Assembly (NCBI GenBank): GCA_041674945.1
Contig: JBAYUT010000002.1
Span: forward strand, 1 to 46,896
Reading direction: 5' to 3'
DNA from: Minisyncoccota bacterium
GTDB lineage: Bacteria; Patescibacteriota; Minisyncoccia; Phycocordibacterales; Phycocordibacteraceae
DNA: 46,896 nt
Shown: positions 1-8,988 of the stretch, in pieces
Layout of the letters: each line of letters starts with the position of its first letter
Numbering within the stretch: position 1 is the stretch's first letter
Program-made: the position numbers and the translations under genes
The notes under the pieces: generated by a model
What the model was told of the DNA's origin: nothing
Databases searched by the model: none
Seen by the model: the letters and a program-made list of their open reading frames with translations, nothing else

Positions 1-1038
1 CTCAAGTGTCTCGCGGAGCTGTGCAGGCGAGGTGAACTCGCTCACGTGTACGAGGCCAGCAACACCCTCTTCGATAGAAGCGAGCGCGCCGTGCTTGTTG
101 TACTTGATGATGATGCCCGGCACCTCCATCTCCTTCTTGTAGCGCTCACCGGCAGTGTGCCAAGGGTTCTCCTTGAGTACCTTAATAGAGAGCGAGATCT
201 TGCCCTCCTTGATCTCGATAACCTTGACCTGCACCTTGTCGCCTACGTTGTAGAGCGCGTGCGGGTCTTCAACGAGGCCCCAGTCGAGCTCGCTGATGTG
301 CACGAGGCCCTCCAAGCCCTGCTCGAGCTTCACAAAGACACCGAAGTCTACGACACCCGTGACCTCGCCGTTTACAACATCGCCCGTCTGGTACTTGTCG
401 ATGAGAGAAGCCTTCTCCTCGGCCTCGTTCTCAGTGCGCTCAGAGAAGATAAGCTTACTCTCCTTCGCGTCGGCAGTGATGATGCGCACAGAGACCGGGT
501 GACCGACCAAGCGGTTGAGCTCGCCAAGGATCTTCTCCTTGTCGCCCTCTGGCACGCGTGGATAGTGCTCCTTAGAGAGCTGTGAGGCAGGGAGGAAGCC
601 TGCGATGCCCTGCCACGTGAGGATAAGGCCGCCCTTGTTGGCCTCCTCCACGGTGAGGGTGTAGAGCGTCTGAGAGAGAATAGCCTTCTCAGCTTCGCCC
701 CAGATAGCAGCTTGGCGAGCCTCCTTAAGAGAGAGCTCGATGTAGCCGTCGCGACCTGCTGGGTCGATAACTTTTGCGCTCACTGCGTCGCCAGGGTTGG
801 CCTTACGGAGTACGTCGGCAGCGTTGAGGTATTCGCGACCGTAGATGATGCCCGTACCAAAGGGTGGTAGGTCGATGTAGACCCGTCCGCGGTTCATGGC
901 AATAATAGAGCCCTCTACAAGGTCACCAAGCGCCGGAGGCGTCTGGATAGAGTCGACAAGGGCCTCCATCGGGTGGCCTGCGTCTAGGTGGATTGTTGGC
1001 AAGGGAGCAGCTTTCTCAGCTGTTTTCTCGTCAGTCAT
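1..1038 (-). CDS. rpsA: 30S ribosomal protein S1 (multiple S1 OB-fold repeats); 3' end runs off the window
   Basis: Absent from the ORF track because it has no in-window stop. Reverse-complement translation from the ATG at 1038 reads MTDEKTAEKAAP...GDLVEGSIIAMNRGRVYIDL...GDVVNGEVTGVVDFGVFVKLEQGLEGLVHISEL...GDKVQVKVIEIKEGKISLSIK. The + ORF 46..585 is its antisense shadow. Confidence 0.85.
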   Translation of the reverse strand, partial: MTDEKTAEKAAPLPTIHLDAGHPMEALVDSIQTPPALGDLVEGSIIAMNRGRVYIDLPPFGTGIIYGREYLNAADVLRKANPGDAVSAKVIDPAGRDGYIELSLKEARQAAIWGEAEKAILSQTLYTLTVEEANKGGLILTWQGIAGFLPASQLSKEHYPRVPEGDKEKILGELNRLVGHPVSVRIITADAKESKLIFSERTENEAEEKASLIDKYQTGDVVNGEVTGVVDFGVFVKLEQGLEGLVHISELDWGLVEDPHALYNVGDKVQVKVIEIKEGKISLSIKVLKENPWHTAGERYKKEMEVPGIIIKYNKHGALASIEEGVAGLVHVSEFTSPAQLRETLE

Positions 1039-1165
1039 TATATATAAGCAGTGCTGGATTCGCCGAGGGTGTCCTTCGCTTTTCCTTCGATTTACTCAGG
1101 ATAAACGCTCAGGAGGGTTATTCCTCAACTAATGCCTGCACGCAACAGACTGACTATAGCAAGTA

Positions 1166-1208
1166 AGTATAAAAAGTAAAAGAGCCACAACCTTTCGGTA
1201 TGTGGCCC
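1166..1208 (-). terminator. intrinsic terminator after the 1252..1494 gene
   Basis: Hairpin GGGCCACATACC-GAAA-GGTTGTGGCTC (minus strand), followed by TTTTACTTTTTAT. Confidence 0.6.
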
Positions 1209-1251
1209 TTGGTGCACTGCGGTCTCGCCTTAGTTTCGCCCAGATTTCTGC

Positions 1252-1494
1252 TCAGGCGTTGTGCACTTCGGTGAGGAAGTTCTCGAGGTCCGCCATCAGC
1301 TCCGTACCCACGAGAGCCGAGAGCAGATTGGCAGCCACACCTTCGACGATCACGAACGAGACGACCTTTTCACGACCGTCGCATCCGCGGGCGAATTCGA
1401 TACTCGCCTGCATTTCTGTGGCTGAGCGGGCATTGGTGACAGCTGCACCCGGCTGTCCACCGTCCACACTGACGAATCCAATATGTAGTGGCAT
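1252..1494 (-). CDS. small hypothetical protein (80 aa)
   Basis: ORF with an AGGGGA Shine-Dalgarno 5 nt upstream of the ATG. It has its own promoter (1554..1583) and terminator. No family recognised. Confidence 0.5.
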   Translation of the reverse strand: MPLHIGFVSVDGGQPGAAVTNARSATEMQASIEFARGCDGREKVVSFVIVEGVAANLLSALVGTELMADLENFLTEVHNA

Positions 1495-1553
1495 AAAGTT
1501 TCCCCTTTAAAGTTGCGTCCGCGGTTGAAATTCTGGACGTCCTTCTGTTTGTT

Positions 1554-1583
1554 ATTGTAGCATCTATCGAGCCTATATGTCAA
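1554..1583 (-). promoter_or_regulatory. sigma70-type promoter TTGACA-18-TGcTACAAT
   Basis: Read on the minus strand: TTGACA at 1583..1578, and an extended -10 TGcTACAAT ending at 1554. Confidence 0.5.
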
Positions 1584-1638
1584 TCCCAACCGGGGAGGGG
1601 ATTTGAGGCTGAATGTGCCTGAAAGAGAAGGAGTTTTG

Positions 1639-1647
1639 TGCTACAAT
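1639..1647 (+). promoter_or_regulatory. extended -10 box TGcTACAAT, 7 nt upstream of ATG 1655 (leaderless-type)
   Basis: TG at 1639-1640, TACAAT at 1642..1647, ATG at 1655. Confidence 0.45.
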
Positions 1648-1654
1648 ATACGCA

Positions 1655-2302
1655 ATGGTTATCACGCATCACGGTGGGCAATGCTTCAAAGTAACGCTCG
1701 GGGATTTGACCCTTGTGTTCGACCCAATCGGTAAAGGCGCGACGCTCCCTGGTGTGCGCTTTGGTGCCGATATCGCTCTCGCCTCGCGCAATCACGCCGA
1801 CATGAATGGCGTGAGTGAGGTTACTTATGGTGAAAAGGTGCCATTCGCTATCACGGGTCCCGGCGAATATGAGCGACAAGGGATTGTCGTGCAAGGGTTT
1901 CTCTCTAACAGCGAATACGGCCTTAAGAAGGGCGAGGAGCGAGCGGTAAACACGATCTACTCGGTCAACATCGAAGACATGACGCTCGTGCACCTCGGCG
2001 CGCTTAACGATGCAGACCTGCCGAAAGAGGCGCGTGAGAATATCGAGGACATCGATGTGCTCTTCGTACCGGTGGGTGGCGACGGTGTTTTGAGCCCAGC
2101 TGCTGCACACGAGCTTGCTGTCTCGCTTGAGCCGAAAATAATCATCCCGATGCACTGGAGCGGGCTCGGGCAGGACAAGGCGCTTGAGACCTTCCTAAAG
2201 GCTGGAGGCAATGGTAGCGAGAAGGTCGACAAGCTGACCCTCAAGAAGAAGGACCTGGCGGGCAAAGATGGGAGTATAATTGTGATAACTCCCAATAAGT
2301 AG
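1655..2302 (+). CDS. MBL-fold metal-dependent hydrolase (UPF0173-like)
   Basis: MVITHHGGQCFKV...ALASRNHADMNG...VLFVPVGG...IIPMHW resembles small metallo-beta-lactamase-fold hydrolases. An alternative upstream start at 1613 is possible. Confidence 0.7.
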   Translation: MVITHHGGQCFKVTLGDLTLVFDPIGKGATLPGVRFGADIALASRNHADMNGVSEVTYGEKVPFAITGPGEYERQGIVVQGFLSNSEYGLKKGEERAVNTIYSVNIEDMTLVHLGALNDADLPKEARENIEDIDVLFVPVGGDGVLSPAAAHELAVSLEPKIIIPMHWSGLGQDKALETFLKAGGNGSEKVDKLTLKKKDLAGKDGSIIVITPNK

Positions 2303-2304
2303 CT

Positions 2305-2652
2305 ATGAAAAAAATTGCCGATCACGTTGAGCATCTCAAGACCAAACCGCACCATGTGCGCCGTAAGGTTGCCTTAGGTGTTGCTGGCGGGGTCACGAGC
2401 CTCGTCGCGGTGCTGTGGCTCGGCGTCTCGCTCTCCACAAACGCCTTCGCGATACAGGGGAGTACGTTTGCGGAGAGCACTGCACAGGGTCCTGCGATTA
2501 CGACCGTCACCGAAGGTCCTGAGCAGAATCTTGCGGGTGCCGCTGCCGCGAGGCAGCGAGACGCCTCTGGTCCTGCACGTATCGAGATTGTAAATATTGC
2601 GACCACTTCAGCGCCAGTGGCGCCTCGGGAGCAGACCACCATACCTTTTTAA
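2305..2652 (+). CDS. membrane-anchored hypothetical protein
   Basis: Basic N-terminus, then one TM helix (VALGVAGGVTSLVAVLWLGVSL). Tightly packed between neighbouring genes. Confidence 0.5.
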   Translation: MKKIADHVEHLKTKPHHVRRKVALGVAGGVTSLVAVLWLGVSLSTNAFAIQGSTFAESTAQGPAITTVTEGPEQNLAGAAAARQRDASGPARIEIVNIATTSAPVAPREQTTIPF

Positions 2653-2662
2653 ATAGAACATC

Positions 2663-5146
2663 ATGGCACGCGGGAAAGTAAACACAGAACAACCTGAGGC
2701 GGCGGCACCTGTTGCGGCGAACGTCATCATCCAGCCGATTGTCGCCGAGATGCGTCAGTCGTATATCGACTACGCCATGACGGTTATCACGGGCCGCGCA
2801 CTTCCCGATGTGCGAGACGGCTTGAAGCCGGTGCACCGCCGCATCCTCTATGCCATGAAGGACATGGGGCTCGTACCGGGTGCGAAGTTTCGTAAGAGTG
2901 CCACCGTGGTGGGCGAGGTGCTGGGTAAGTATCACCCGCACGGCGACACAGCCGTGTACGACTCTATGGCCAAGATGGCCCAAGACTTCTCACACCGATA
3001 CCCACTCGTACTCGGTCAGGGTAACTTCGGCTCTATCGACGGCGACTCGCCTGCGGCCATGCGTTATACCGAGGCCAAGATGTCGCGCATCTCTGAGTCG
3101 CTCCTTGCTGATCTCGAGAAGGAGACTGTGGCATGGAACCCTAACTATGACGCGACACGCGAGGAGCCAAGCGTGCTTCCAGCGGCACTCCCAAACCTGC
3201 TACTCAACGGTACGCTCGGTATCGCGGTGGGTATGGCCACAAGCATACCTCCGCACAACCTGCGCGAAGTGGTGGATGCGACCGTGCACCTCATAGACAA
3301 CCCAGACGCAACCACTGAAGACTTGCTCGGCTTTGTGAAGGGGCCTGACTTCCCGCTCGGCGCCGTGGCCTTCAATCAGGCCGACATTAGGCACGCCTAC
3401 AGTACCGGGCGTGGGCCGGTGGTGGTGCGCGGCGAAGCCGAGATAGTAGACGACGGCAAGAAAGACTCGAAGATTGTAATCACCTCTATCCCATACCGCA
3501 TCAACAAGAGTGAGCTGATTACCCGTATTGCCGAGCTCGTGCAGGACAAGAAGATTGAGGGCATTCGCGACTTGCGCGACGAATCAACCTCGGACGTGCG
3601 CGTAGTGGTAGAGCTTAAGGGCACCGCGCACCCGCAGGCCGTTTTGAATGCTATCTACAAGCATACTGAGCTCGAGAGTACCTTCCACTACAACATGCTC
3701 GCGCTCGTGGACGGCGTACCCGAGACACTTTCGCTCCAGGGCATGCTCGCGCATTTTATTGCCCACCGCCAAGAGGTGGTAAAGCGTCGCACCGAGTACG
3801 ACCTCCGCCAGGCTGAGGCCCGCGAGCACATATTGCTGGGCCTCTGTAAGGCGCTCGACCACATCGACGAGGTCATCGCGATAATCAAAAAGGCGGCCGA
3901 TGTGCCGAGCGCCTCGGCCGCGCTGCAGAAGAAGTTTGGGTTCTCTATTCTCCAGGCTGCTGCCATACTCGAGATGCGTCTCAGTAAGCTCGCGGGCCTC
4001 GAGCGCAAGAAGCTTGAGGATGAGCTCGATGAGGTGCAGACACTGATTAAGAAGCTTAAGGACATCCTCTCGTCCGCGAAGACGATACTCGCGGTGGTGC
4101 GCAAAGAGCTTCTTGAGCTTGCAGAGAAGTACGGCGATGACCGCCGTACGCGCATTGTGAAAGGCGGCGTGCAGAACATCTCGGTAGAGGACCTGGTGCC
4201 CGACGAGGAGTCAATGCTGCTGCTCACGCAGGGAGGGTACGTGAAGCGTACGAACCCAAATGAGTACAAGAGCCAGAAGCGAGGTGGCGTGGGCGTGGTC
4301 GATATTGCAACCAAGGAAGAGGACATTGTGACGCACTTCCTCGTGACGAGCGCGCACAGCGACCTGCTCTTCTTTACCGACCTCGGTAAGGCGTACCAGC
4401 TCAAGATGTACGAGATCCCAGAAGGCAAGCGTGCCACCAAGGGCAAGAGCATCATGAACTTCCTCTCCCTCGCGGGCGACGAGAATGTGACCTCGATATT
4501 GCCGGTGCCCAAGGGTGCGGCGCTCGACGCTTCGTCGGTGGCCTTTGTCACCGAGCAGGGCGTGGTCAAGAGGGTTTCCGCAAAGTCGTTTGCCGACGTG
4601 CGTCGCTCGGGGATTATTGCGATCAGTCTCCAGAAGGGCGACAAGCTCGTCTCTGCTAACCTGGCTAGCGAGGGTGACACGGTCTCTATTGTGACCGCAA
4701 AGGGGCAGTCGATACGATTTGATACTGAAGATGTGCGTGAGATGGGCCGCACCGCTGGCGGTGTGCGCGGCATGAGTGTGAAGAAGGGCGACCGCGTAGT
4801 CTCGGCCGAAGTAATTCCCGCATTGCAAGAGAAGGAGGCCTCGCTCCTGGTGATTATGAGCAAGGGCTACGGCAAGCGCACCGCAATATCTGAATACAAG
4901 GTGCAGGGCCGTGGCGGCTCGGGTATCAAGACTGCCGAGGTAACCCCTAAGACCGGCGAGATTATCGGTGCGAAGGTAGTCTTCAACCGCGAAGAAGGGG
5001 AAGAGGAGGTGGTGGTGATCTCGAAGAAGGGGCAGGTGATACGCACCCCGGTCTCGACTATCTCGCTCCTCTCGCGTGCTACCCAGGGCGTGCGCGTGAT
5101 GCGGCTCTACGAGGGCGACTCTATCGCCTCGATGGTCGCGTTGTAA
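2663..5146 (+). CDS. gyrA: DNA gyrase subunit A
   Basis: 827 aa. Contains [36 protein letters not shown] and AMRYTE (catalytic Tyr region), plus a C-terminal beta-pinwheel repeat region. Confidence 0.95.
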   Translation: MARGKVNTEQPEAAAPVAANVIIQPIVAEMRQSYIDYAMTVITGRALPDVRDGLKPVHRRILYAMKDMGLVPGAKFRKSATVVGEVLGKYHPHGDTAVYDSMAKMAQDFSHRYPLVLGQGNFGSIDGDSPAAMRYTEAKMSRISESLLADLEKETVAWNPNYDATREEPSVLPAALPNLLLNGTLGIAVGMATSIPPHNLREVVDATVHLIDNPDATTEDLLGFVKGPDFPLGAVAFNQADIRHAYSTGRGPVVVRGEAEIVDDGKKDSKIVITSIPYRINKSELITRIAELVQDKKIEGIRDLRDESTSDVRVVVELKGTAHPQAVLNAIYKHTELESTFHYNMLALVDGVPETLSLQGMLAHFIAHRQEVVKRRTEYDLRQAEAREHILLGLCKALDHIDEVIAIIKKAADVPSASAALQKKFGFSILQAAAILEMRLSKLAGLERKKLEDELDEVQTLIKKLKDILSSAKTILAVVRKELLELAEKYGDDRRTRIVKGGVQNISVEDLVPDEESMLLLTQGGYVKRTNPNEYKSQKRGGVGVVDIATKEEDIVTHFLVTSAHSDLLFFTDLGKAYQLKMYEIPEGKRATKGKSIMNFLSLAGDENVTSILPVPKGAALDASSVAFVTEQGVVKRVSAKSFADVRRSGIIAISLQKGDKLVSANLASEGDTVSIVTAKGQSIRFDTEDVREMGRTAGGVRGMSVKKGDRVVSAEVIPALQEKEASLLVIMSKGYGKRTAISEYKVQGRGGSGIKTAEVTPKTGEIIGAKVVFNREEGEEEVVVISKKGQVIRTPVSTISLLSRATQGVRVMRLYEGDSIASMVAL

Positions 5147-5243
5147 ACAGGGCCTGGGTTTGCCTAGGCCGGCTGGGCGGCGGTAGTATGAAGGCTGTCC
5201 CTGATCCTTACCAACACCGAGGGGCACGGTGGGAGGCAAGTGC

Positions 5244-5486
5244 ATGTCGACGTTGACCGAAAAGTTTGCGGAGCTGAGCAACCATGGTCCATTTTGCCTG
5301 GAATACGGCGAGTGGGTCGGCGAACCCGTCCATCTGAGCGTTCCGGCACGTGACCTCTACTTCAGAGGTCAGGACGTAGAGGAGGTTGTCGACGCCGCCC
5401 TGAGGTCGCTCCAGGCGGGCGACATGGGCCAGGTAGATGATGAGTCGGACTTCTTCCCGGAGGTGCCCGCCGGGATGTGCGGCTAG
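5244..5486 (+). CDS. small acidic hypothetical protein (80 aa)
   Basis: GGGAGG Shine-Dalgarno 7 nt upstream of ATG 5244. Followed by a strong terminator. No family recognised. Confidence 0.4.
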   Translation: MSTLTEKFAELSNHGPFCLEYGEWVGEPVHLSVPARDLYFRGQDVEEVVDAALRSLQAGDMGQVDDESDFFPEVPAGMCG

Positions 5487-5511
5487 TCGCTCGACTACCG
5501 CACCCGCACAT

Positions 5512-5552
5512 GGACCGGCTCCACCAAGGTGGAGCCGGTCCCGAGTTTTTTG
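5512..5552 (+). terminator. intrinsic terminator
   Basis: GGACCGGCTCCACC-aa-GGTGGAGCCGGTCC, followed by CGAGTTTTTT. Confidence 0.7.
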
Positions 5553-5581
5553 TTGATTGCGCACGAGCTGGCTCGTGCGCG

Positions 5582-5590
5582 TGGTATTTT
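5582..5590 (+). promoter_or_regulatory. extended -10 box TGgTATTTT, 6 nt upstream of ATG 5597
   Basis: TG at 5582-5583, TATTTT at 5585..5590, ATG at 5597. Confidence 0.4.
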
Positions 5591-5596
5591 ATATCT

Positions 5597-6145
5597 ATGA
5601 ACGCGTCGTTTAGCGACCCACCAGAGAATGTGTTGCAGATGGGTCTACGCGAGGGCATGCGCGTGGCCGACCTTGGTGCGGGTACGGGGCACTACGCGCG
5701 CGCAGCGGCTGGTGTGGTGGGGCACGAGGGCCGGGTCTACGCGATAGACGTGCAAGAAGATGTCTTGAAACACATCAAGAACAATGCGCACGACCATCAC
5801 AAAAGCATCATTGAGACGGTGTGGGGCGACATAGAGAAGCTGGGCGGTACGCACCTGCGCGACCGGTCGCTCGACGCGGCGATACTCGCGAACACGCTCT
5901 TTCAAATCGATAACCGCCCTGGATTGCTTAGCGAGATTGTGCGGGTGCTCAAGCCGGGTGGCAAGCTCATCGTTATCGATTGGTCAGGGAGCTTTGGTGG
6001 TATGGGTCCTGTGCCCGCACAGGTGGTACCCGAGAAAGACGCTGAGGAACTTTTTCTCAGTGCAGGCTTTACGAAAGAGAAGTCCTTTGTAGCAGGTGCG
6101 CACCATTACGGTGTTATATTTAGCATACCCGCAACCGCACTATGA
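5597..6145 (+). CDS. class I SAM-dependent methyltransferase
   Basis: Motif I VADLGAGTGHYA and post-I YAIDV, then LKPGGKLIVIDW. The ORF-track start at 5477 lies inside the upstream terminator, so ATG 5597 is preferred. Confidence 0.8.
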   Translation: MNASFSDPPENVLQMGLREGMRVADLGAGTGHYARAAAGVVGHEGRVYAIDVQEDVLKHIKNNAHDHHKSIIETVWGDIEKLGGTHLRDRSLDAAILANTLFQIDNRPGLLSEIVRVLKPGGKLIVIDWSGSFGGMGPVPAQVVPEKDAEELFLSAGFTKEKSFVAGAHHYGVIFSIPATAL

Positions 6146-7449
6146 AAATATCACTCTTCCAGGGCATATTGATCGGCATCTTTGGCGCAGGCGCGCTCGT
6201 GGGGCTCTTTGTCTTTGCTACCTACAGTGGTGGCGGCGCAGCAGAGGACTCGGTGGGCAGCGTGCTGGTGTGGGGCACGCTGCCCAAGGGGCAGATCGAC
6301 AGCGCGCTCACTGAGGTGACTACGCTCGACAGTAGTATGAAGAGCGTTAAGTATGTACAGAAGAGTGCGGACACGCTCGCTACCGACCTCTCGGCCGCTA
6401 TTGCCACTGATCAGGCTCCAGACCTGGTACTGGCCTCACACGAGCAGCTCTACAGCATGGCACGGTTTATCGAGGTTATCCCCGAGAGCACGCTCTCTCA
6501 GAGAACTTTTACCGACAGCTTTATCAAAGGGGGGTCGCTCTTTGCCGAGCCAAATGGCAGAGGGTACTACGGCCTGCCTTTCTTGGTCGACCCGCTCGTG
6601 TTGTATTGGAACAACGACATACTCGCCTCGAGCGGTATAGCTCGGCCCCCGGCTACCTGGGATGCGCTAACGGGCCTCGTACCCAAGATTGCCGAGCTCA
6701 CGCCGACGCGCCAGATTACTCGCGGGCTTATCGCGCTCGGCACCTACGACAATGTGCGCAATGCGCGCGCGATACTCTCGGCGATCTTCTTGCAATCGAA
6801 CGTGCCCATGATTAACTACTCGGCCACCGGTTTGGCGCGTGCGAATCTTGGCGAGGAGGCGGTTACGGGGACGCCTCCGGGACAGGCCGTGCTCTCGTTC
6901 TATACGCAGTTCGCAGACCCTTCGAAGGTCTCGTACACCTGGAACGCCTCACTGCCAGACTCACAGAAAGCCTTTCAAACAGGGGATCTGGCGCTCTACG
7001 TAGGCTATGCGTCAGAGGCGCGCACGCTTGCCGCAGCAAACCCAAACCTTAGCTTCAATGTTGCGCCGCTCCCGCAGCCAGCGACCGCAACGATAAAGGC
7101 AACCTACGGCCTGGTCTATGCCTTTATGATCCCACGGGGCGCAAAGAACCCGAGTGGCGCGTACGTGGCCGCAGCAACGCTCAGCAGCTCTGCTGAGCAG
7201 ACTATCGCGGCGCGGGCAACCGGGCTCGCACCCGCGACGCGCAACGCGCTCGCCGCTCTGCCGTCTGACCCCTTTGCCGCGGTGGCCTACAGCTCGGCCC
7301 TCTACACAGAGGGGTGGCTTTCTCCCCTTGCCTCGGGGACGGATCAGGTATTCTCGACTATGATTGGCAGTGTGGTGAGCGGTCGCTCCGAGTCAGCCGC
7401 GGCGCTGAGCAAGGCCGCTGGTGCGCTTAGCTTGCTATTACAACAATGA
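6142..7449 (+). CDS. extracellular solute-binding-protein-like protein (SBP family 1-like), N-terminal membrane anchor
   Basis: N-terminal TM helix. YYGLPFLVDPLVLYWNNDILASSGIARPPATWDAL is the typical SBP_bac_1 core. Its start overlaps the methyltransferase stop (ATGA). Confidence 0.65.
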   Translation: MKISLFQGILIGIFGAGALVGLFVFATYSGGGAAEDSVGSVLVWGTLPKGQIDSALTEVTTLDSSMKSVKYVQKSADTLATDLSAAIATDQAPDLVLASHEQLYSMARFIEVIPESTLSQRTFTDSFIKGGSLFAEPNGRGYYGLPFLVDPLVLYWNNDILASSGIARPPATWDALTGLVPKIAELTPTRQITRGLIALGTYDNVRNARAILSAIFLQSNVPMINYSATGLARANLGEEAVTGTPPGQAVLSFYTQFADPSKVSYTWNASLPDSQKAFQTGDLALYVGYASEARTLAAANPNLSFNVAPLPQPATATIKATYGLVYAFMIPRGAKNPSGAYVAAATLSSSAEQTIAARATGLAPATRNALAALPSDPFAAVAYSSALYTEGWLSPLASGTDQVFSTMIGSVVSGRSESAAALSKAAGALSLLLQQ

Positions 7450-8249
7450 AAAAAAATAACTCCGCAGCGTTCGCGTCAGTACTCGTAGCGCTCTTTTTGT
7501 TGGTGCCCGCAAGCGTATACGCGGGTGATTATTGGGGCACTCAATCCCCTCCTAATGCGGCAAATAAGACGTGGGATCTCGAGGGAAGGCTCATCTCAAC
7601 AGGCCAGTGGAAGTCTATGTGTACTATTCTCAGTACCACGGCGACACCCTGCAGAACTTCTGACGCTACCGCCTTTGAGGCAGCAACTCTCCAGGAGTGC
7701 TCGGGACTTATTACGCGCCTTGGGACTGATAAAGCCGGGGCGTTCCGTTGTGTCGATACCTCGAGTGGTAATCTCTACTATCGAGTAGATCCTAACGAAG
7801 GTTCGTCATCGATTGCTACGTGTGATCCAGACCTTGGACCGTGTCAGCAAAACACTAGCGGCGGGACGCAGATAGGCCCCAACAACAGCCCTTCTGGTTC
7901 TACAAGTGGCCCCAACAACGTTCCGGGCCAGACGCCTCAGCAGGGGCCAGACAACATTCCGGCTGAGGTCAGGCTCATCAACCCTCTCGGTACCACGGGG
8001 TCTAACGGCCTGCAGCAGTTTCTCAACAGCATTCTCGACTTCGTTATCCGTATCGGTACGGTGGTCGTAGTGCTGATGATGGTCTTTGTCGGCTTCAAGT
8101 TTGTCACCGCTCAGGGCGAGCCAGGGGAGATCTCTAAGGCGCGCGATATGTTGCTCGGGACGGTCGTCGGCGCGCTCATATTGCTCGGCGCGCGGGTCAT
8201 CGCCGCTGGTATCGAGGCCACCGTGAAGGCCCTCTCGATAGGAAGCTAA
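7446..8249 (+). CDS. secreted protein with C-terminal VirB2/TrbC-like (T4SS-pilin-type) two-TM hairpin
   Basis: Signal peptide ...ASVYA/GD, then a Cys-containing and GPNN-repeat ectodomain. The C-terminus reads LINPLG...TM...AQGEPGEISKARDMLLG...TM. Confidence 0.6.
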   Translation: MKKNNSAAFASVLVALFLLVPASVYAGDYWGTQSPPNAANKTWDLEGRLISTGQWKSMCTILSTTATPCRTSDATAFEAATLQECSGLITRLGTDKAGAFRCVDTSSGNLYYRVDPNEGSSSIATCDPDLGPCQQNTSGGTQIGPNNSPSGSTSGPNNVPGQTPQQGPDNIPAEVRLINPLGTTGSNGLQQFLNSILDFVIRIGTVVVVLMMVFVGFKFVTAQGEPGEISKARDMLLGTVVGALILLGARVIAAGIEATVKALSIGS

Positions 8250-8250
8250 T

Positions 8251-8520
8251 ATGACCTTTGCAGACTTTGTCGGGAGTGGGTCGACGGGTGTAGTGGGGGT
8301 CTTTAATGTCTATGTTATCCCACTGCTGCTTGCGGCCTCTTTCCTCGCATTCTTGTGGGGTGCGGTTAGCTACTTTTTCATCCATGGGGGCGAGGATAAG
8401 AGTCTCGCGGAGGGTCGCCAGTTTATGCTCTGGGGCCTCTTTGGGCTGGTCTCGATACTCGCGGTGTGGTCATTTGTGCGGATAGTGTTATCCACGCTTG
8501 GCATTACGCCGGGGGCTTAG
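8251..8520 (+). CDS. small two-TM hairpin protein, pilin-type paralogue 2
   Basis: VIPLLLAASFLAFLWG...EGRQFMLWGLFGLVSILAVWSFVRIV shares the module found in the next four ORFs. Confidence 0.6.
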   Translation: MTFADFVGSGSTGVVGVFNVYVIPLLLAASFLAFLWGAVSYFFIHGGEDKSLAEGRQFMLWGLFGLVSILAVWSFVRIVLSTLGITPGA

Positions 8521-8521
8521 C

Positions 8522-8983
8522 ATGTCATACTTACCCTATATGAAATCAATTACCCGCTCGGTTACCTTGCTCGCTATATTTCTCTTACCCGTAGCTACCT
8601 TCGCCGCCACCACGATTGTGGGAGGCACCAGTGGGTCGGGGGATACATTCTTGGGTATCTCTTTCGGGGGGAGCGGTAACGGCTTTAGCGGCGGGTGTTC
8701 GAGCACTATCTGTGGCATCGCGGGTACGATTCTCTACATCATCAACAGCGTGCTGGTACCCGTACTCTTCGCAGTTGCCTTCATCTTCTTCCTTTACGGC
8801 ATCGCTCAGGCATACATCTTTTCTAAGGGTGATGCCGATAAGGTGTCCGAAGGGCATCGTCTCGTACTCTGGGGGGTTGTCGCCTTCGCTATTATGATCT
8901 CCATCTGGGGCCTCGTGAATATTGTGGCGAACACCTTCGGCCTCTCAGGCACCTACGCACCGGCCTACCCACGTTCGTACTAG
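8522..8983 (+). CDS. pilin-type paralogue 3 (Gly/Ser-rich N-terminal region)
   Basis: Signal peptide, then VLVPVLFAVAFIFFLYG...EGHRLVLWGVVAFAIMISIWGLVNIV. The ATG at 8522 follows the previous stop directly. Confidence 0.6.
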   Translation: MSYLPYMKSITRSVTLLAIFLLPVATFAATTIVGGTSGSGDTFLGISFGGSGNGFSGGCSSTICGIAGTILYIINSVLVPVLFAVAFIFFLYGIAQAYIFSKGDADKVSEGHRLVLWGVVAFAIMISIWGLVNIVANTFGLSGTYAPAYPRSY

Positions 8984-8988
8984 CGCAT

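Noticed and set aside
46-1132. Plus-strand ORFs 46..585, 296..502 and 896..1132.
   Set aside because: They lie antisense to the clearly recognisable S1 ribosomal protein gene. Their Leu/Arg/Val-rich products are typical antisense shadows in high-GC DNA.
2880-5281. ORFs overlapping gyrA on either strand: 2880..3296 (plus) and 3688..4863 and 4211..5281 (minus).
   Set aside because: They lie entirely inside, or overlap, the unambiguous gyrA frame. Their composition is low-complexity Ser/Arg/Ala with no start signals.
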